DNA from: an uncultured Candidatus Entotheonella sp.
GTDB taxonomy: Bacteria; Tectomicrobia; Entotheonellia; Entotheonellales; Entotheonellaceae
Assembly (NCBI GenBank): GCA_965215335.1
Contig: CBDCDA010000001.1
Location: forward strand, 1,728,001 to 1,792,000
Reading direction: 5' to 3'
Length of the DNA: 64,000 nucleotides
Notes under the pieces: model-generated
What the model was told of the DNA's origin: nothing
What the model saw: the letters and a program-made list of their open reading frames with translations, nothing else
Databases searched by the model: none
Translations under genes and position numbers: made by a program
In this document: in pieces, positions 53,001-62,842 of the stretch
How positions within the stretch are numbered: the stretch's first letter is position 1
Layout of the letters: each line of letters opens with the position of its first letter

Positions 53001-53744
53001 CTACAGAGACAGAAAGGGGTACGACCTGATTTCCCGGCCCAGACAGGTGGTCAGGTGGAGGTGCAGCAGACGCTCCAGCGCCTGCCGAGTGGCGGCGTCG
53101 GGCGCCGCGTCCGGCAAGGGAATGGGGCCCATCATGCGGCGCAGGTAGTCACAAGCCGCGCGACCGACCTTCAGGGTGTGCCGGGTGACGGCACAAGAAG
53201 CGCAAACCAGACCGCCGGCACGTGCATTATAGCTGCAGGCGCCGGGTGGCAGTTCCCGGCCGCAGTGGGCACACTCGCTGAGTTGCAGGGCATAGCCGCT
53301 GAGCGTCAGCAGGGACATTTCGAAGTGACGCAGGACCATTGGTGGTTCTGATGCCTGCCTGGCCCCCGCCAATGCTTCCAGAGCCTCGTCAAGCAGTGCG
53401 AAAAGCTCGGGCGCGGGCTGTCGATCCTGCGTGCTGATGTCGATGAGCTCGGTCATGTAGAGGCCGCAGCTCAGCAGGTTGAAATCCTCGTGCAGGGTGC
53501 GAAACGCCTGCACGATATCGACACTGCGGGTATGGTAGAGGGAGCGCGTCGGGCGCCCGTAGACGATGGCGTGCAGCCGCCTCAAGGGCTGGTAATGACC
53601 GGCGGTGCGGCTGTGGCCGCGGCGGTTGCGGCGAGCGACGACGCGCAGCTTGCCGAAATCCCGTGTGAACAGCACCACAATCTGGTCGGATTCCCCGATC
53701 TTGTACGTGCGCAGGACGAAGGCGTCACTACGGTATAACGACAT
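53001..53744 (-). CDS. recO: DNA repair protein RecO
   Basis: VLR...GESD.IV.LFT..GK; C..C/C..C zinc motif; follows era. Confidence 0.9.
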   Translation of the reverse strand: MSLYRSDAFVLRTYKIGESDQIVVLFTRDFGKLRVVARRNRRGHSRTAGHYQPLRRLHAIVYGRPTRSLYHTRSVDIVQAFRTLHEDFNLLSCGLYMTELIDISTQDRQPAPELFALLDEALEALAGARQASEPPMVLRHFEMSLLTLSGYALQLSECAHCGRELPPGACSYNARAGGLVCASCAVTRHTLKVGRAACDYLRRMMGPIPLPDAAPDAATRQALERLLHLHLTTCLGREIRSYPFLSL

Positions 53745-53748
53745 CCCT

Positions 53749-54648
53749 TCAGCCTCGCAGCTCGCCGAATCCCAGGGTGCGCAGCGTTCCGGCGTGTTCC
53801 TTCCAGTTGCGCCGCACGCGCACCACCAGATGCAGCCGCACCGGGCAGTGCAGCAAGCCGCCGATAGCCCGGCGCGCCTGGATGCCGATGGCCTTGATCA
53901 TCTGCCCCTGGCGGCCCACCAGGATGCCCTTCTGCGACGCCTTTTCCACCATCACGCTGGCCTCGATTTCGACCCCGCCGCTCCGCCGTTCGCGGAATTC
54001 CTCGACCTCGACGGCGACGGCATAGGGCACTTCTTCGTGCGTCCGCAGCATCACCTGTTCGCGAATCAATTCGGCGATGAGAAAGCGCTCATTGCGGTCC
54101 GTGGGCATGTCCGGCGGGAAATGCGGCGGGCCTTCGGGAAGGTGGCGCACCAGGCAGTCAACCAGCGCCTCCACGTTGTCGCCGCGCAGGACGGACAGCG
54201 GCAACACCTCGGCGAAGGCGTCTTTGCCGGGATAGTTGGCGATCAGCGGCAGGAGCTGCGACGGCATCATGCGGTCGGTCTTGTTGAGCAGCCAGAACAC
54301 CGCCGCGTCCGGCCGGCGCAGGTGTCGGCGCAGAAACGCCAGGTCGGGATACGGCGCGCGCTTGGCGTCGGTCATGTACAGCACGATCTGCGGGGCGACC
54401 AGCGCCTCGTCGACGGCCTGCATCATGAAACGGCTCAGGCGGGTCTCGCCGCGATGGATGCCCGGCGTATCGAGGAACACCAGTTGCGCGTCGGGAAGAT
54501 TCTTCACCCCCAGGATACGGTGCCGCGTCGTTTGCGGCCTGGGCGTGACGATGGCGAGCTTGGTGCCGGTCATCGTGTTGAGGAGCGTCGATTTGCCGAC
54601 GTTGGGCTCGCCGATGATGCTGATAAGTCCACAGCGCATGATGGGCAC
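53749..54648 (-). CDS. era: GTPase Era
   Basis: GEPNVGKSTL, PQTTR, DTPG, NKTD, EEVPY, KH domain. Confidence 0.96.
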   Translation of the reverse strand: MPIMRCGLISIIGEPNVGKSTLLNTMTGTKLAIVTPRPQTTRHRILGVKNLPDAQLVFLDTPGIHRGETRLSRFMMQAVDEALVAPQIVLYMTDAKRAPYPDLAFLRRHLRRPDAAVFWLLNKTDRMMPSQLLPLIANYPGKDAFAEVLPLSVLRGDNVEALVDCLVRHLPEGPPHFPPDMPTDRNERFLIAELIREQVMLRTHEEVPYAVAVEVEEFRERRSGGVEIEASVMVEKASQKGILVGRQGQMIKAIGIQARRAIGGLLHCPVRLHLVVRVRRNWKEHAGTLRTLGFGELRG

Positions 54649-56430
54649 TCATGGCACCCGCAAGCCGAGCTCGCGCAATTGGCCGGGGTCTGCTTTGGCG
54701 GGGGATTGCATGAACAGGTCCTGGGCGCGCTGCGTCTTGGGGAAGGCGATGACGTCGCGCAGGCTGTCGCCGCCGGCGAGCAGCAGGCAGAGACGGTCGA
54801 AGCCGAAGGCGAACCCGCCGTGCGGCGGCGCCCCGGCGTCAAGGGCGTCGAGCAGAAAACCGAAGCGCTCGCGGGCCTCGGCTTCGTCGTAGCCAAGAAG
54901 TTCGAGGATTTTGAGCTGCACGTCGCTGCGATGGTTGCGCAGACTGCCGGAACCCATCTCGATGCCATTGATGACCAGGTCGTAATGCGTGGCGCGCACC
55001 TTCAGGGGTGCGCTGGCGAGCAGGTCGATATCGTCCTCGAGCGGGGCGACGAACGGCATGTGCATGTACGTCAGCTGATCGTTGTCGGCCTCTTCGAACA
55101 ACGGGAAGTCGACAACGAAGAGTGCATCCCAGTCGCGTCCATCGCCCCGGCCCAGGCGGTTGCCGATCTCGAGGCGCAGGCGGCTCAGGACGTCATTGGC
55201 GAGGGCCGGGCGGTCGGCGATGAACAACAGCAGGTGGCCGGGACGCAGGCCGGCGCGCTCGGCGATCTGTTGTTGCTCGGCATCGTCCAGATACTTGGCG
55301 ATGGGGGATTGCCACGTGTCGTCGGCGGCGACGCGAATCCACGCCATGCCCTTGGCGCCCCAGTCCTGCACGCGCTCGATCAGCCGGTCCAGCTCGCTGC
55401 GCGACACGGCCTCGGCGTTCGGCACCGGCAGCGCCTTGACGGCGCCGCCCTTGCGCACGGCCTGCGCGAAGACGTTGAAATCGCTGTTGACAAGAATGTC
55501 CGACAGGTCGACCAGTTCGAGCCCGAAGCGCGTGTCGGGGCGGTCGGTTCCGTAGCGCGCCTGCACGTCGGCGAAGCCGTAACGTGGAAACGGGCGCGAC
55601 AACTCCGCGCCGCACGCGTCACGGAACGCCCGCGCAGTCAGCTCTTCGAGGACATGCAGCACGTCGTCGACGCCCACGAACGACATCTCGATATCGATCT
55701 GCGCGAACTCGAGCTGGCGGTCGGCGCGTTGGTCCTCGTCGCGGAAGCAACGGGCGATCTGAAAATAGCCGTCAAAGCCGGCAATCATCAGAAGCTGTTT
55801 GATAATTTGCGGCGATTGCGGCAAGGCATAGAAACTGCCGGGATAGATGCGGCTGGGAACCAGAAAATCACGCGCGCCCTCCGGGGTCGAGCGGTTCAGG
55901 ATGGGGGTCTCGATTTCGTACAGGCCCATGTCGCTGCAGGCGGCGCGAACAGATTGCAGCAGGTGGTGCCGGGTCTTGAGGCGCGCCTGCATGAGCGGTC
56001 GCCGCAGGTCGTGCACACGGTGGCGCAGGCGCAGCGCCTCGCCTACCGCAGCGTCGTCCTCGATGGGGAAGGGCGGGGTCGTGGCCGTGTTGAGGATACG
56101 CAAGTCCGAAGCGATCAGTTCCACCTCCCCGGTGGGCAATTTGGGGTTGATGGCCTCGTCTCCGCGGCGTTCCAGCCGTCCGCTGGCGACCATGACGAAC
56201 TCGGGCCGCAGGCGGCCTGCCCTGTCGTGCGCGGCGGGCGCGGCGTCCGGCTTGAACACCACCTGCGCCACGCCACTGCGGTCCCGCAGATCAACGAAAA
56301 TCACGCCCCCATGGTCCCGCCGACGGTGTACCCAACCGCACAGGGTCACCCCCTCTCCGACATGTTCCGGGCGCAGCATGCCGCAGTAGTGGGTACGACG
56401 CATCGAGCCGAGAGGGTCCAACTGCTTCAC
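54649..56430 (-). CDS. aspS: Aspartate--tRNA ligase (probably non-discriminating Asp/Asn type)
   Basis: RTHYCG, RRDHGG, TPEGARDF, LPQSPQ, CFRDED.RADRQ, PPHGG.A.G.DR, IAFPKT; GTG start after GGAGG. Confidence 0.96.
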   Translation of the reverse strand: MKQLDPLGSMRRTHYCGMLRPEHVGEGVTLCGWVHRRRDHGGVIFVDLRDRSGVAQVVFKPDAAPAAHDRAGRLRPEFVMVASGRLERRGDEAINPKLPTGEVELIASDLRILNTATTPPFPIEDDAAVGEALRLRHRVHDLRRPLMQARLKTRHHLLQSVRAACSDMGLYEIETPILNRSTPEGARDFLVPSRIYPGSFYALPQSPQIIKQLLMIAGFDGYFQIARCFRDEDQRADRQLEFAQIDIEMSFVGVDDVLHVLEELTARAFRDACGAELSRPFPRYGFADVQARYGTDRPDTRFGLELVDLSDILVNSDFNVFAQAVRKGGAVKALPVPNAEAVSRSELDRLIERVQDWGAKGMAWIRVAADDTWQSPIAKYLDDAEQQQIAERAGLRPGHLLLFIADRPALANDVLSRLRLEIGNRLGRGDGRDWDALFVVDFPLFEEADNDQLTYMHMPFVAPLEDDIDLLASAPLKVRATHYDLVINGIEMGSGSLRNHRSDVQLKILELLGYDEAEARERFGFLLDALDAGAPPHGGFAFGFDRLCLLLAGGDSLRDVIAFPKTQRAQDLFMQSPAKADPGQLRELGLRVP

Positions 56431-56531
56431 CACTGCCTCCGTATGTTGAGATAGCATTTCGGCGGCTGCCGAAGCACCAAGGGTCGAGGATGTTTCAGAA
56501 AGAAAAATCATTGGGCTATGGAGAGCGGAGA

Positions 56532-56560
56532 ATCATATGATGCGTGCCCAGAATCGTCAA
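56532..56560 (-). promoter_or_regulatory. Sigma70 promoter of the aspS-era-recO operon
   Basis: TTGACG-17 nt-TATGAT. Confidence 0.65.
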
Positions 56561-56727
56561 GATGACCTCTCGTCCAAGACCTCCGAGCATGCCCTGTACC
56601 CGGTGAGTGGCAGGTCTCCGCGTGCACTCGCCCGGCTCAGTCGCTGAGCACACGGTAGCCAGATGCCCCCCGATCAAGGGCAGCCTCGGCCTATCGGGTT
56701 GCCGAGCCGTCCGGCACGATTTTTTTC

Positions 56728-56757
56728 TTGACCTGGCGCAAGCCCTCGCTGTAAATT
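56728..56757 (+). promoter_or_regulatory. Promoter of the tRNA-Gln/tRNA-Glu pair
   Basis: T-tract, then TTGACC-18 nt-TAAATT. Confidence 0.6.
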
Positions 56758-56780
56758 TCGCCCTCGCCTCGTGAACCGGA

Positions 56781-56854
56781 TGGGGAGTCGTACAACGGCA
56801 GTACTCCAGACTCTGGATCTGGCTATCTAGGTTCGAATCCTAGCTCCCCAGCCA
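56781..56854 (+). tRNA. tRNA-Gln (CTG)
   Basis: TGGGGAG/CTCCCCA acceptor stem, CCAGA-CTCTGGA-TCTGG anticodon arm, GGTTCGAATCC, encoded CCA. Confidence 0.96.
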
Positions 56855-56866
56855 ACCGTGGCACAT

Positions 56867-56938
56867 GGCCCTATCGTCTAGCGGTCAGGATATCGGCCTC
56901 TCACGCCGAAGACACGGGTTCGAGTCCCGTTGGGGCTA
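56867..56938 (+). tRNA. tRNA-Glu (CTC)
   Basis: GGCCCTA/TGGGGCT acceptor stem, TCGGC-CTCTCAC-GCCGA anticodon arm, GGTTCGAGTCCC. Confidence 0.95.
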
Positions 56939-57009
56939 TCCAAAAATTCCCTCGCCTGATTCTGATTATCCGTCACCCCGCCGAGCGGCATCTCACGAGG
57001 TATACTCGC

Positions 57010-57363
57010 GTGGCCCCGGACCGCATCCCGCAAGCCATTCGCACCCAGGCCGCCGAGCAGGGCGGCGCGCCATGCATGACTCCCGAGGGCGGAGCCTATC
57101 TCGTCATTCCCACGCCGGCGGGAGACCGCGTCTTCGTCAACGACTGCCCGCATCGCCGCCTGCCGTTGGACCGCCGCGGGCGACTGCAGTTTTCCGGCAA
57201 GCCGCGCCTGCTGGTTTGTCCCAACCACGGCGCCAAATTCGAGCCCGAAACCGGCCGCTGCGTCGCCGGACCGTGTTTCGGCAAACACCTTCAACGGGTC
57301 CCCGACCTCGAGGCGCAAGCCACCGACGCTGACGCTTTATGCTATGATCGTGCCGACCCGTAG
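57010..57363 (+). CDS. Rieske [2Fe-2S] domain protein
   Basis: NDCPH...CPNHGAKF...G.C..GP; start uncertain. Confidence 0.85.
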   Translation: MAPDRIPQAIRTQAAEQGGAPCMTPEGGAYLVIPTPAGDRVFVNDCPHRRLPLDRRGRLQFSGKPRLLVCPNHGAKFEPETGRCVAGPCFGKHLQRVPDLEAQATDADALCYDRADP

Positions 57364-57432
57364 AAGGAAACCGCACCAAGCGTTTCCCGTCTCGACGAAC
57401 CCTTCCCTACTCTAACAGGTATCGCAATCATC

Positions 57433-58896
57433 ATGACAACATTACGCATACGAGGTCTGTACGCGGCTGCACTGACGTCGCTGTTTCGGCAGCATCAACA
57501 GGACTGGGAGATCGTGCAGCCCGACGACGAGGTGCGGGCGTGTCTGCCGGATGACTGGCGGATGGATTTACCGGAGGTCGCTATCGACGAGCAATCCGAC
57601 GCTCAGGGCGTGCGCGACACGCTACGACTGTCGGGGTCGGGCGCCGGCATCGAGGGCGTTCTGCGCGTCCTGCAACAGCATTTCACGGACGTCATCATTC
57701 GCCGGAGCGGCATGCAGGTCGGTTCCATGTACATGGGACTGGTCGGGCTGGTCAGCCGTGAGCGGCGTCAGTCCATCGTGTATCTCGGCGGCCAGTTGTC
57801 CGGGACGCTGCAGATGGGCCCGGACGATCGGGGGCCGGAGGTCGGCGCCCGTATCCCGGTTCGCATCGAGACCTTGGGCGACGGTCCCGACAAGCGTCCG
57901 CAACTCAGCGCCGTGCTCACCGTGCCGGGCCGCTATGCGGTGCTGACGATGGCGCCGGCCGTACGCATCAGCAAGCAGATTACCTCGACGGGGGCGCGCG
58001 AACGGCTGCAACAACTCGGCAATTCGCAAGAAACCAACGGCTGGGGCATCATCTGGCGCACCGCGGCCCAAAACGCGGCGGACGCGGTCCTGAGCGAGGA
58101 AATCGAGGGACTGGTGCAGCAGGCCGGCGACCTGCGCGAGCGCTTGTCGGGCGCCAAGACCCTCGGCTATCTCTACGGTGGCGACGTGAGCACGCAGGTG
58201 GAAATGCCTGGCGACGCCAATCGGCTCTGCGACCACCTGCGCGCTGAATTCCTGCCGACGCTTCCGGGGCATCATAAATACAAAGCCCAGGGCGACGTCT
58301 ATGGCGCCACCGTCGATGCGCTGGAGAAGGAATTGCCTGCCGAGGTGCTGCGCAACCGCACGGCGCCGCTCGGCGTGTTGGCCAGCGTGAACGCCATGCA
58401 GTCCCCGTTGCGCGACGCCCTGCGCGTGCGGATGCGCGGCCTCCGGGAAAGCCGCGCCACGCAATACGAGGGCCAGCGGGTCGCCTACGACCTCGACACC
58501 GGCTGGGTCGAGCTGCGGCAGGAATTACGCAACAAGGACAGCTATCCCGACGGCCTGCGGCTCGACAAACGGCCCGGCGATTACGCCGTCACCCGCTTTC
58601 AGGAAGGCAGTTGGCATTATGTGACGCGGTTCTACGGAAGGCAGGGCGGCTGGAAGGCCGATTACGTAGGCATCGCCACGCCCACGGCCATTTTTTCGGA
58701 TCAGTTGCAGCTCGTGGACCTCGGCGCTGGCGTCTGTCGCAGCCCCGAGCAACCCGCCGAACTCATCGGCGTCGAATCGCTGCGGGAGCAGCGGCGGCAG
58801 GGCCTTGTGTGTGCCGCGCTGGTGAGCAGGGTTCAGGAAGAAGGGGCCGCATTGCTGCGGCGGCTGCGTCAGGAAGACCTGTCCGGCGGCGAGTAG
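57433..58896 (+). CDS. FAU-1/AubA-like protein (RNase E/G-like N-terminus plus DUF402 C-terminus)
   Basis: RIRGLYAAALT, IVQP, TVPGRYAVL, ISKQI..RERL, GWGIIWRTAA, PTLPGHH.YK, DGL...GDYAVT: co-linear with archaeal FAU-1 as recalled. Confidence 0.8.
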   Translation: MTTLRIRGLYAAALTSLFRQHQQDWEIVQPDDEVRACLPDDWRMDLPEVAIDEQSDAQGVRDTLRLSGSGAGIEGVLRVLQQHFTDVIIRRSGMQVGSMYMGLVGLVSRERRQSIVYLGGQLSGTLQMGPDDRGPEVGARIPVRIETLGDGPDKRPQLSAVLTVPGRYAVLTMAPAVRISKQITSTGARERLQQLGNSQETNGWGIIWRTAAQNAADAVLSEEIEGLVQQAGDLRERLSGAKTLGYLYGGDVSTQVEMPGDANRLCDHLRAEFLPTLPGHHKYKAQGDVYGATVDALEKELPAEVLRNRTAPLGVLASVNAMQSPLRDALRVRMRGLRESRATQYEGQRVAYDLDTGWVELRQELRNKDSYPDGLRLDKRPGDYAVTRFQEGSWHYVTRFYGRQGGWKADYVGIATPTAIFSDQLQLVDLGAGVCRSPEQPAELIGVESLREQRRQGLVCAALVSRVQEEGAALLRRLRQEDLSGGE

Positions 58897-58929
58897 GTGC
58901 CACCGGCATTTTTCCTCTGAGGGGGGTTT

Positions 58930-60123
58930 TCAGTGCAATTGCTGAACGGCTTGATCGAGGCGGTCGAGCCCGGTGCGGAGCGCTTCCATCGACGCAGCGT
59001 AGGACAGACGCAGGTGGTCATCGGCGCCAAACGCCTCGCCCGGCACGAGCGCCACACCCGCTGCATCCAGCAAGTAATCGATCACGTCCGCCGAGTTTGA
59101 CAGGACCCGGCCATTGGCGCGTCGGCCAAACAGGCCGTTGATTTTCGGGAAGGTATAGAAGGCGCCTTGCGGCATGGGACAGGAAATGCCGTCGATGGCG
59201 TTGAGCCGAGCCACCACGAAATCCCGCCGCTCGACGAAAGCCTCGGTCATGGCGTGCACGCTATCCTGCGGGCCGGTGAGGGCCTCGATGGCCGCTATCT
59301 GCGCGAACGCCGTCGGGTTGCTGGTGCTCTGGCTCTGCAAATGGCCGCAGGCGGCGATCACGTCGGCGGGACCGGCGCAAAAGCCCAGGCGCCAGCCGGT
59401 CATGGAGTAGGATTTGGAGAGGCCGTTGACCACGATGCAGCGTTCCTTCAGCTCCGGCGACAGCGTGGCAATGCTGATCTGCCGCAGACCGTCGTATACC
59501 ATGTGTTCGTAAATCTCGTCGGTGATGACGTAGAGGCCGGTGCCGCACAACACGTCGGCGAGGTCCTGCAGTTCTTCGGGAGTGTACACTGCGCCGGTGG
59601 GATTGCACGGACTGTTGAGGATGATGCCCTTCGTCGTCGGCGTCAGATAGCGCCGCAGCACCTCACCGGTAATTTTGAAACCTTCCTCCGCCTTCGTCAG
59701 AATGATCACCGGAACGCCGCCGGCCATCTGCACCTGCGTCGGGTAGGTGACCCAGTACGGCCCGGGAATGATCACCTCGTCACCCGGGTCGACCAGCACC
59801 ATCGCCAGATTGTACAGGACGTGCTTGGCGCCGCACGACACGATAATCTGCTCCGGTTCGTAATGCAGATCGTTTTCCCGCTGCAATTTGTCCGCAATCG
59901 CCTGCCGCAACGCCGGCAGCCCGCTCGCCTGCGTGTACTTGGTGAAGCCCTCGGCCATGGCGTGCTCGGCGGCCTGGATGACGCTGTCGGGCGTGTTGAA
60001 GTCCGGCTCGCCCACGCTGAAATCGATCACGTTGCGGCCCTGGGCGCGCAGGGCCTTTGCTTTGGCGCTGATTGCCAGGGTCTCGGAGGGTTTCAGGTGC
60101 CGGGTGAACTGGGCAAGCTGCAT
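58930..60123 (-). CDS. aspC: Aspartate aminotransferase-type PLP enzyme
   Basis: GEPDF.TP, GAK, NSPCNPTG, DEIYE, SKSYSMTGWRLG, RLSYA. Confidence 0.9.
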   Translation of the reverse strand: MQLAQFTRHLKPSETLAISAKAKALRAQGRNVIDFSVGEPDFNTPDSVIQAAEHAMAEGFTKYTQASGLPALRQAIADKLQRENDLHYEPEQIIVSCGAKHVLYNLAMVLVDPGDEVIIPGPYWVTYPTQVQMAGGVPVIILTKAEEGFKITGEVLRRYLTPTTKGIILNSPCNPTGAVYTPEELQDLADVLCGTGLYVITDEIYEHMVYDGLRQISIATLSPELKERCIVVNGLSKSYSMTGWRLGFCAGPADVIAACGHLQSQSTSNPTAFAQIAAIEALTGPQDSVHAMTEAFVERRDFVVARLNAIDGISCPMPQGAFYTFPKINGLFGRRANGRVLSNSADVIDYLLDAAGVALVPGEAFGADDHLRLSYAASMEALRTGLDRLDQAVQQLH

Positions 60124-60140
60124 AGGCTCCTCTTGCGCTT

Positions 60141-60629
60141 TTACGCCTTGCGTTGGTATTTTTCTTTCAAGGCCAGCGCCACCGGCGGCGGCACCAACTC
60201 GTCCACGTTGCCGCCGAACGCCGCGACCTCCTTGATCAAGCGTGACGCCACGTAGGTGTACTCTTCACGCGGCGTCAGGAAGATGGTTTCGATGTCCTCG
60301 TCCAGGCGCCGGTTCATCAGGGTCATCTGAAATTCGTACTCGAAGTCGGCCACGGCGCGCAGGCCGCGGATGATCACGCTGGCCCCTCGTTGCTTGGCAT
60401 AGAAGACCAGCAAGGTATTGGAAAAACTGTCGATCTCGATGTTTTTCAGGCCCTGAATCGACTCCTCGATCAGGCGACGGCGCTCCGGCACGGTGAACAT
60501 CGGCCCCTTCGCCGGATTCTCGAAGATGGCCACGATCAGCTTGTCAAACATGCGCACGGAGCGTTTGATGAGGTCTAGATGGCCGTTCGTGAGCGGGTCG
60601 AACGTCCCCGGGTAAACGGCAGTCGTCAT
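60141..60629 (-). CDS. coaD: Phosphopantetheine adenylyltransferase
   Basis: YPGTFDP.TNGH.D, RGLRA..DFEYE. Confidence 0.96.
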   Translation of the reverse strand: MTTAVYPGTFDPLTNGHLDLIKRSVRMFDKLIVAIFENPAKGPMFTVPERRRLIEESIQGLKNIEIDSFSNTLLVFYAKQRGASVIIRGLRAVADFEYEFQMTLMNRRLDEDIETIFLTPREEYTYVASRLIKEVAAFGGNVDELVPPPVALALKEKYQRKA

Positions 60630-60726
60630 TGCTCCCCCCTCCGACAACCCTCCATGGGCACGCCATTCCGAGCTGTCGGCACCCTGTCTCAAACAGGCGG
60701 TATCGTAGAGCAGCCCTCGGGGGCTG

Positions 60727-61782
60727 TCAACCGCCGTCCTGCCGCCGGCCCTGCTCCGCATACCGCAACTGGCCGCAGGCGGCGGAGATATCGCGCCCGC
60801 GGCTCTGGCGCACGGAGGCCGACACGCCGTGCTCGACAAGCCAGGTCTGGAAGCGTTGCACGGTGTCATCCGCAGGGCGGCGGTACGGTGCCTCGGATAT
60901 CTCGTTGAACGGCAGCAGATTGACCTTGCAGCACAGGCCCCGTAGCAGCTTGACCAGGCGTTTGGCGTCGACCAGACTGTCGTTGACGTCGCGTAGCAGC
61001 ACGTACTCGAAAGTAATCCGCTGGCGCACCGCCAGGGGGAAGTCGCGGCACGCCTGCAGCAGCCTGTCGATGGGATAAGCCTTGTTGATGGGCATGATGC
61101 GGCTGCGCACGGCATCGGTGGTAGCGTTGAGGGACACAGCGAGATTCACCTTCAGGTCCTGGCGGCCAAACGCTTCCAGGCGGCGGGCCAGCCCCGACGT
61201 CGAAACGGTAATCCGGCGCGGCGAAATGCCCAGCCCCCAGTCGGCTGTCAGAATACGGACCGCCTGCACGGTGCCGCGAAAGTTGTCCAGCGGCTCACCC
61301 ATGCCCATGAACACGATGTTCGTAAAGCCCCGCGCCGGCGTCCGACCCGGTTGCTGAAAATGCAGCACCTGGCCGACAATCTCCCCAGGGCGCAAGCTGC
61401 GTACCAAGCCGCCCTGCGCGGTCAGACAGAACCGGCAGCCCAGGGCGCATCCCACCTGCGTGGAAACGCAAATGGTGCGCTTGTCGCCGCGCGGTATCAG
61501 CACCGTCTCAAACCGGTTGCCGTCCTCGACGCCAAACAGCAGCTTCTCGGTGCCGTCTGCGCTTTGCTGTCGCCGCAGAAGGCTCAGGGTGCTGACGTAC
61601 AACTGCTTTTGCAAGCGTTGCCGCAACGCCTCGGGCAGGTCCGTCATCTGTTGCACGCTGGTGGCCTGGCGCTTGTACACCCACTGACAGACCTGACGGG
61701 CGCGAAAACCCGCCTCTCCCTGAGCGGCGAGGAGGGCCGCAACCTCATCGCGCCGCAGGTCGCGCAGGTCGGTCGGTGACAT
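60727..61782 (-). CDS. rlmN: 23S rRNA m2A2503/tRNA radical SAM methyltransferase
   Basis: [35 protein letters not shown]. Confidence 0.96.
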   Translation of the reverse strand: MSPTDLRDLRRDEVAALLAAQGEAGFRARQVCQWVYKRQATSVQQMTDLPEALRQRLQKQLYVSTLSLLRRQQSADGTEKLLFGVEDGNRFETVLIPRGDKRTICVSTQVGCALGCRFCLTAQGGLVRSLRPGEIVGQVLHFQQPGRTPARGFTNIVFMGMGEPLDNFRGTVQAVRILTADWGLGISPRRITVSTSGLARRLEAFGRQDLKVNLAVSLNATTDAVRSRIMPINKAYPIDRLLQACRDFPLAVRQRITFEYVLLRDVNDSLVDAKRLVKLLRGLCCKVNLLPFNEISEAPYRRPADDTVQRFQTWLVEHGVSASVRQSRGRDISAACGQLRYAEQGRRQDGG

Positions 61783-61951
61783 CCTTTTTGGCTCCTTCCA
61801 TAATGCCGACCATGCAGCAATTGTGGCTTCTCGAGACGGCGGCAAGTGTAGCATATCCCACCGTCCGCAAAGCCCGCCATTCGCCGCCGGGAGCGCCGCG
61901 ATGCTTATCGCTTGCCTCCATTCCCGGGATACCGCGACCCAAATTTGGCGA

Positions 61952-61980
61952 TTGCCAGGCAGGGAGAAACACTATATAGT
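61952..61980 (+). promoter_or_regulatory. Promoter of tRNA-Leu
   Basis: TTGCCA-17 nt-TATAGT. Confidence 0.7.
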
Positions 61981-62000
61981 GTTTCTCCCTGCTTCCTCAT

Positions 62001-62084
62001 GCCGAAGTGGCGGAATTGGTAGACGCGCATGATTCAGGGTCATGTGGGGGTCACCTCGTGGGAGTTCGAGTCTCCCCTTCGGCA
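62001..62084 (+). tRNA. tRNA-Leu (CAG)
   Basis: GCCGAAG/CTTCGGC acceptor stem, CATGA-TTCAGGG-TCATG anticodon arm, long variable arm, GTTCGAGT; followed by TCA. Confidence 0.96.
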
Positions 62085-62324
62085 TCATCCGCTCACATAT
62101 CCGATTGCTGCTTCACCTTCCGACCCTTGGGGCCGGACCCCGCCAACTGCTGCATGATCGCCCCTCGGACCGGCGTCTGTGGCCCGAAGCGCTACGGTTT
62201 TGTTATACTCCGGGCCGTAGACCTTCAAAACCTCGTACACAAGGTGCCAGGGAATTCGCTGCGGGGCGAAACGGTTTTAAGGGCATGCCTCCATGAAGGG
62301 GGCCGGAAAGAAAGGAGGAAGCAC

Positions 62325-62798
62325 ATGACACTGCCAAGGAAGAGAAGCGGGTGGCAGGCGGCGCTTGGGATTCTGATTGTTGTCGGCATCCTCGTGCCGG
62401 CGACGGCCATGGCCGTCAAGCCGATCAATTCCAGCCTGCTGAGAGGGGCGATCAAGGGGTACGATCCGGTGGCCTATTTCAACCAGGGCGAGCCGGTGAA
62501 GGGCAAGGGCGCTCACGGCTACGAGTGGATGGGCGCCACCTGGTACTTCGCCAACGCGGGGAACATGGAATTGTTCGCAGGCGACCCGGAGAGGTACGCG
62601 CCCCAATACGGCGGCTACTGCGCTTACGCGGTGAGCCAGGGTCATACCGCAAAGATCGACCCGGACGCCTGGAAGATCGTCGACGACAAGCTCTACCTGA
62701 ACTTCAGCCTCAAGGTGCAGAAGCTCTGGGAGCAAGACATTCCGGGGTATATCGCCAAGGCTGACGAGAACTGGCCGAAGATCCTGAGCGGCAACTGA
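62325..62798 (+). CDS. Secreted YHS-domain protein (Cys form)
   Basis: AAAGGAGG RBS, signal peptide, AIKGYDPVAYF, PQYGGYCAYAV, KLYLNF. Confidence 0.9.
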   Translation: MTLPRKRSGWQAALGILIVVGILVPATAMAVKPINSSLLRGAIKGYDPVAYFNQGEPVKGKGAHGYEWMGATWYFANAGNMELFAGDPERYAPQYGGYCAYAVSQGHTAKIDPDAWKIVDDKLYLNFSLKVQKLWEQDIPGYIAKADENWPKILSGN

Positions 62799-62811
62799 TC
62801 CGCCTCTTACC

Positions 62812-62837
62812 CTCTCCGGTGGTGCGCCGCCGGAGAG
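62812..62837. terminator. Hairpin between the convergent YHS and pgk genes
   Basis: CTCTCCGGTGG-TGCG-CCGCCGGAGAG. Confidence 0.5.
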
Positions 62838-62842
62838 CCCCT

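Noticed and set aside
56575..56720. Several short hairpins between the aspS and tRNA promoters (6S RNA or riboswitch?)
   Set aside because: Stems are short and GC-rich with no family signature.
62325..62798. YHS protein as a second selenoprotein
   Set aside because: The GGYC position is TGC (Cys) and there is no in-frame TGA.
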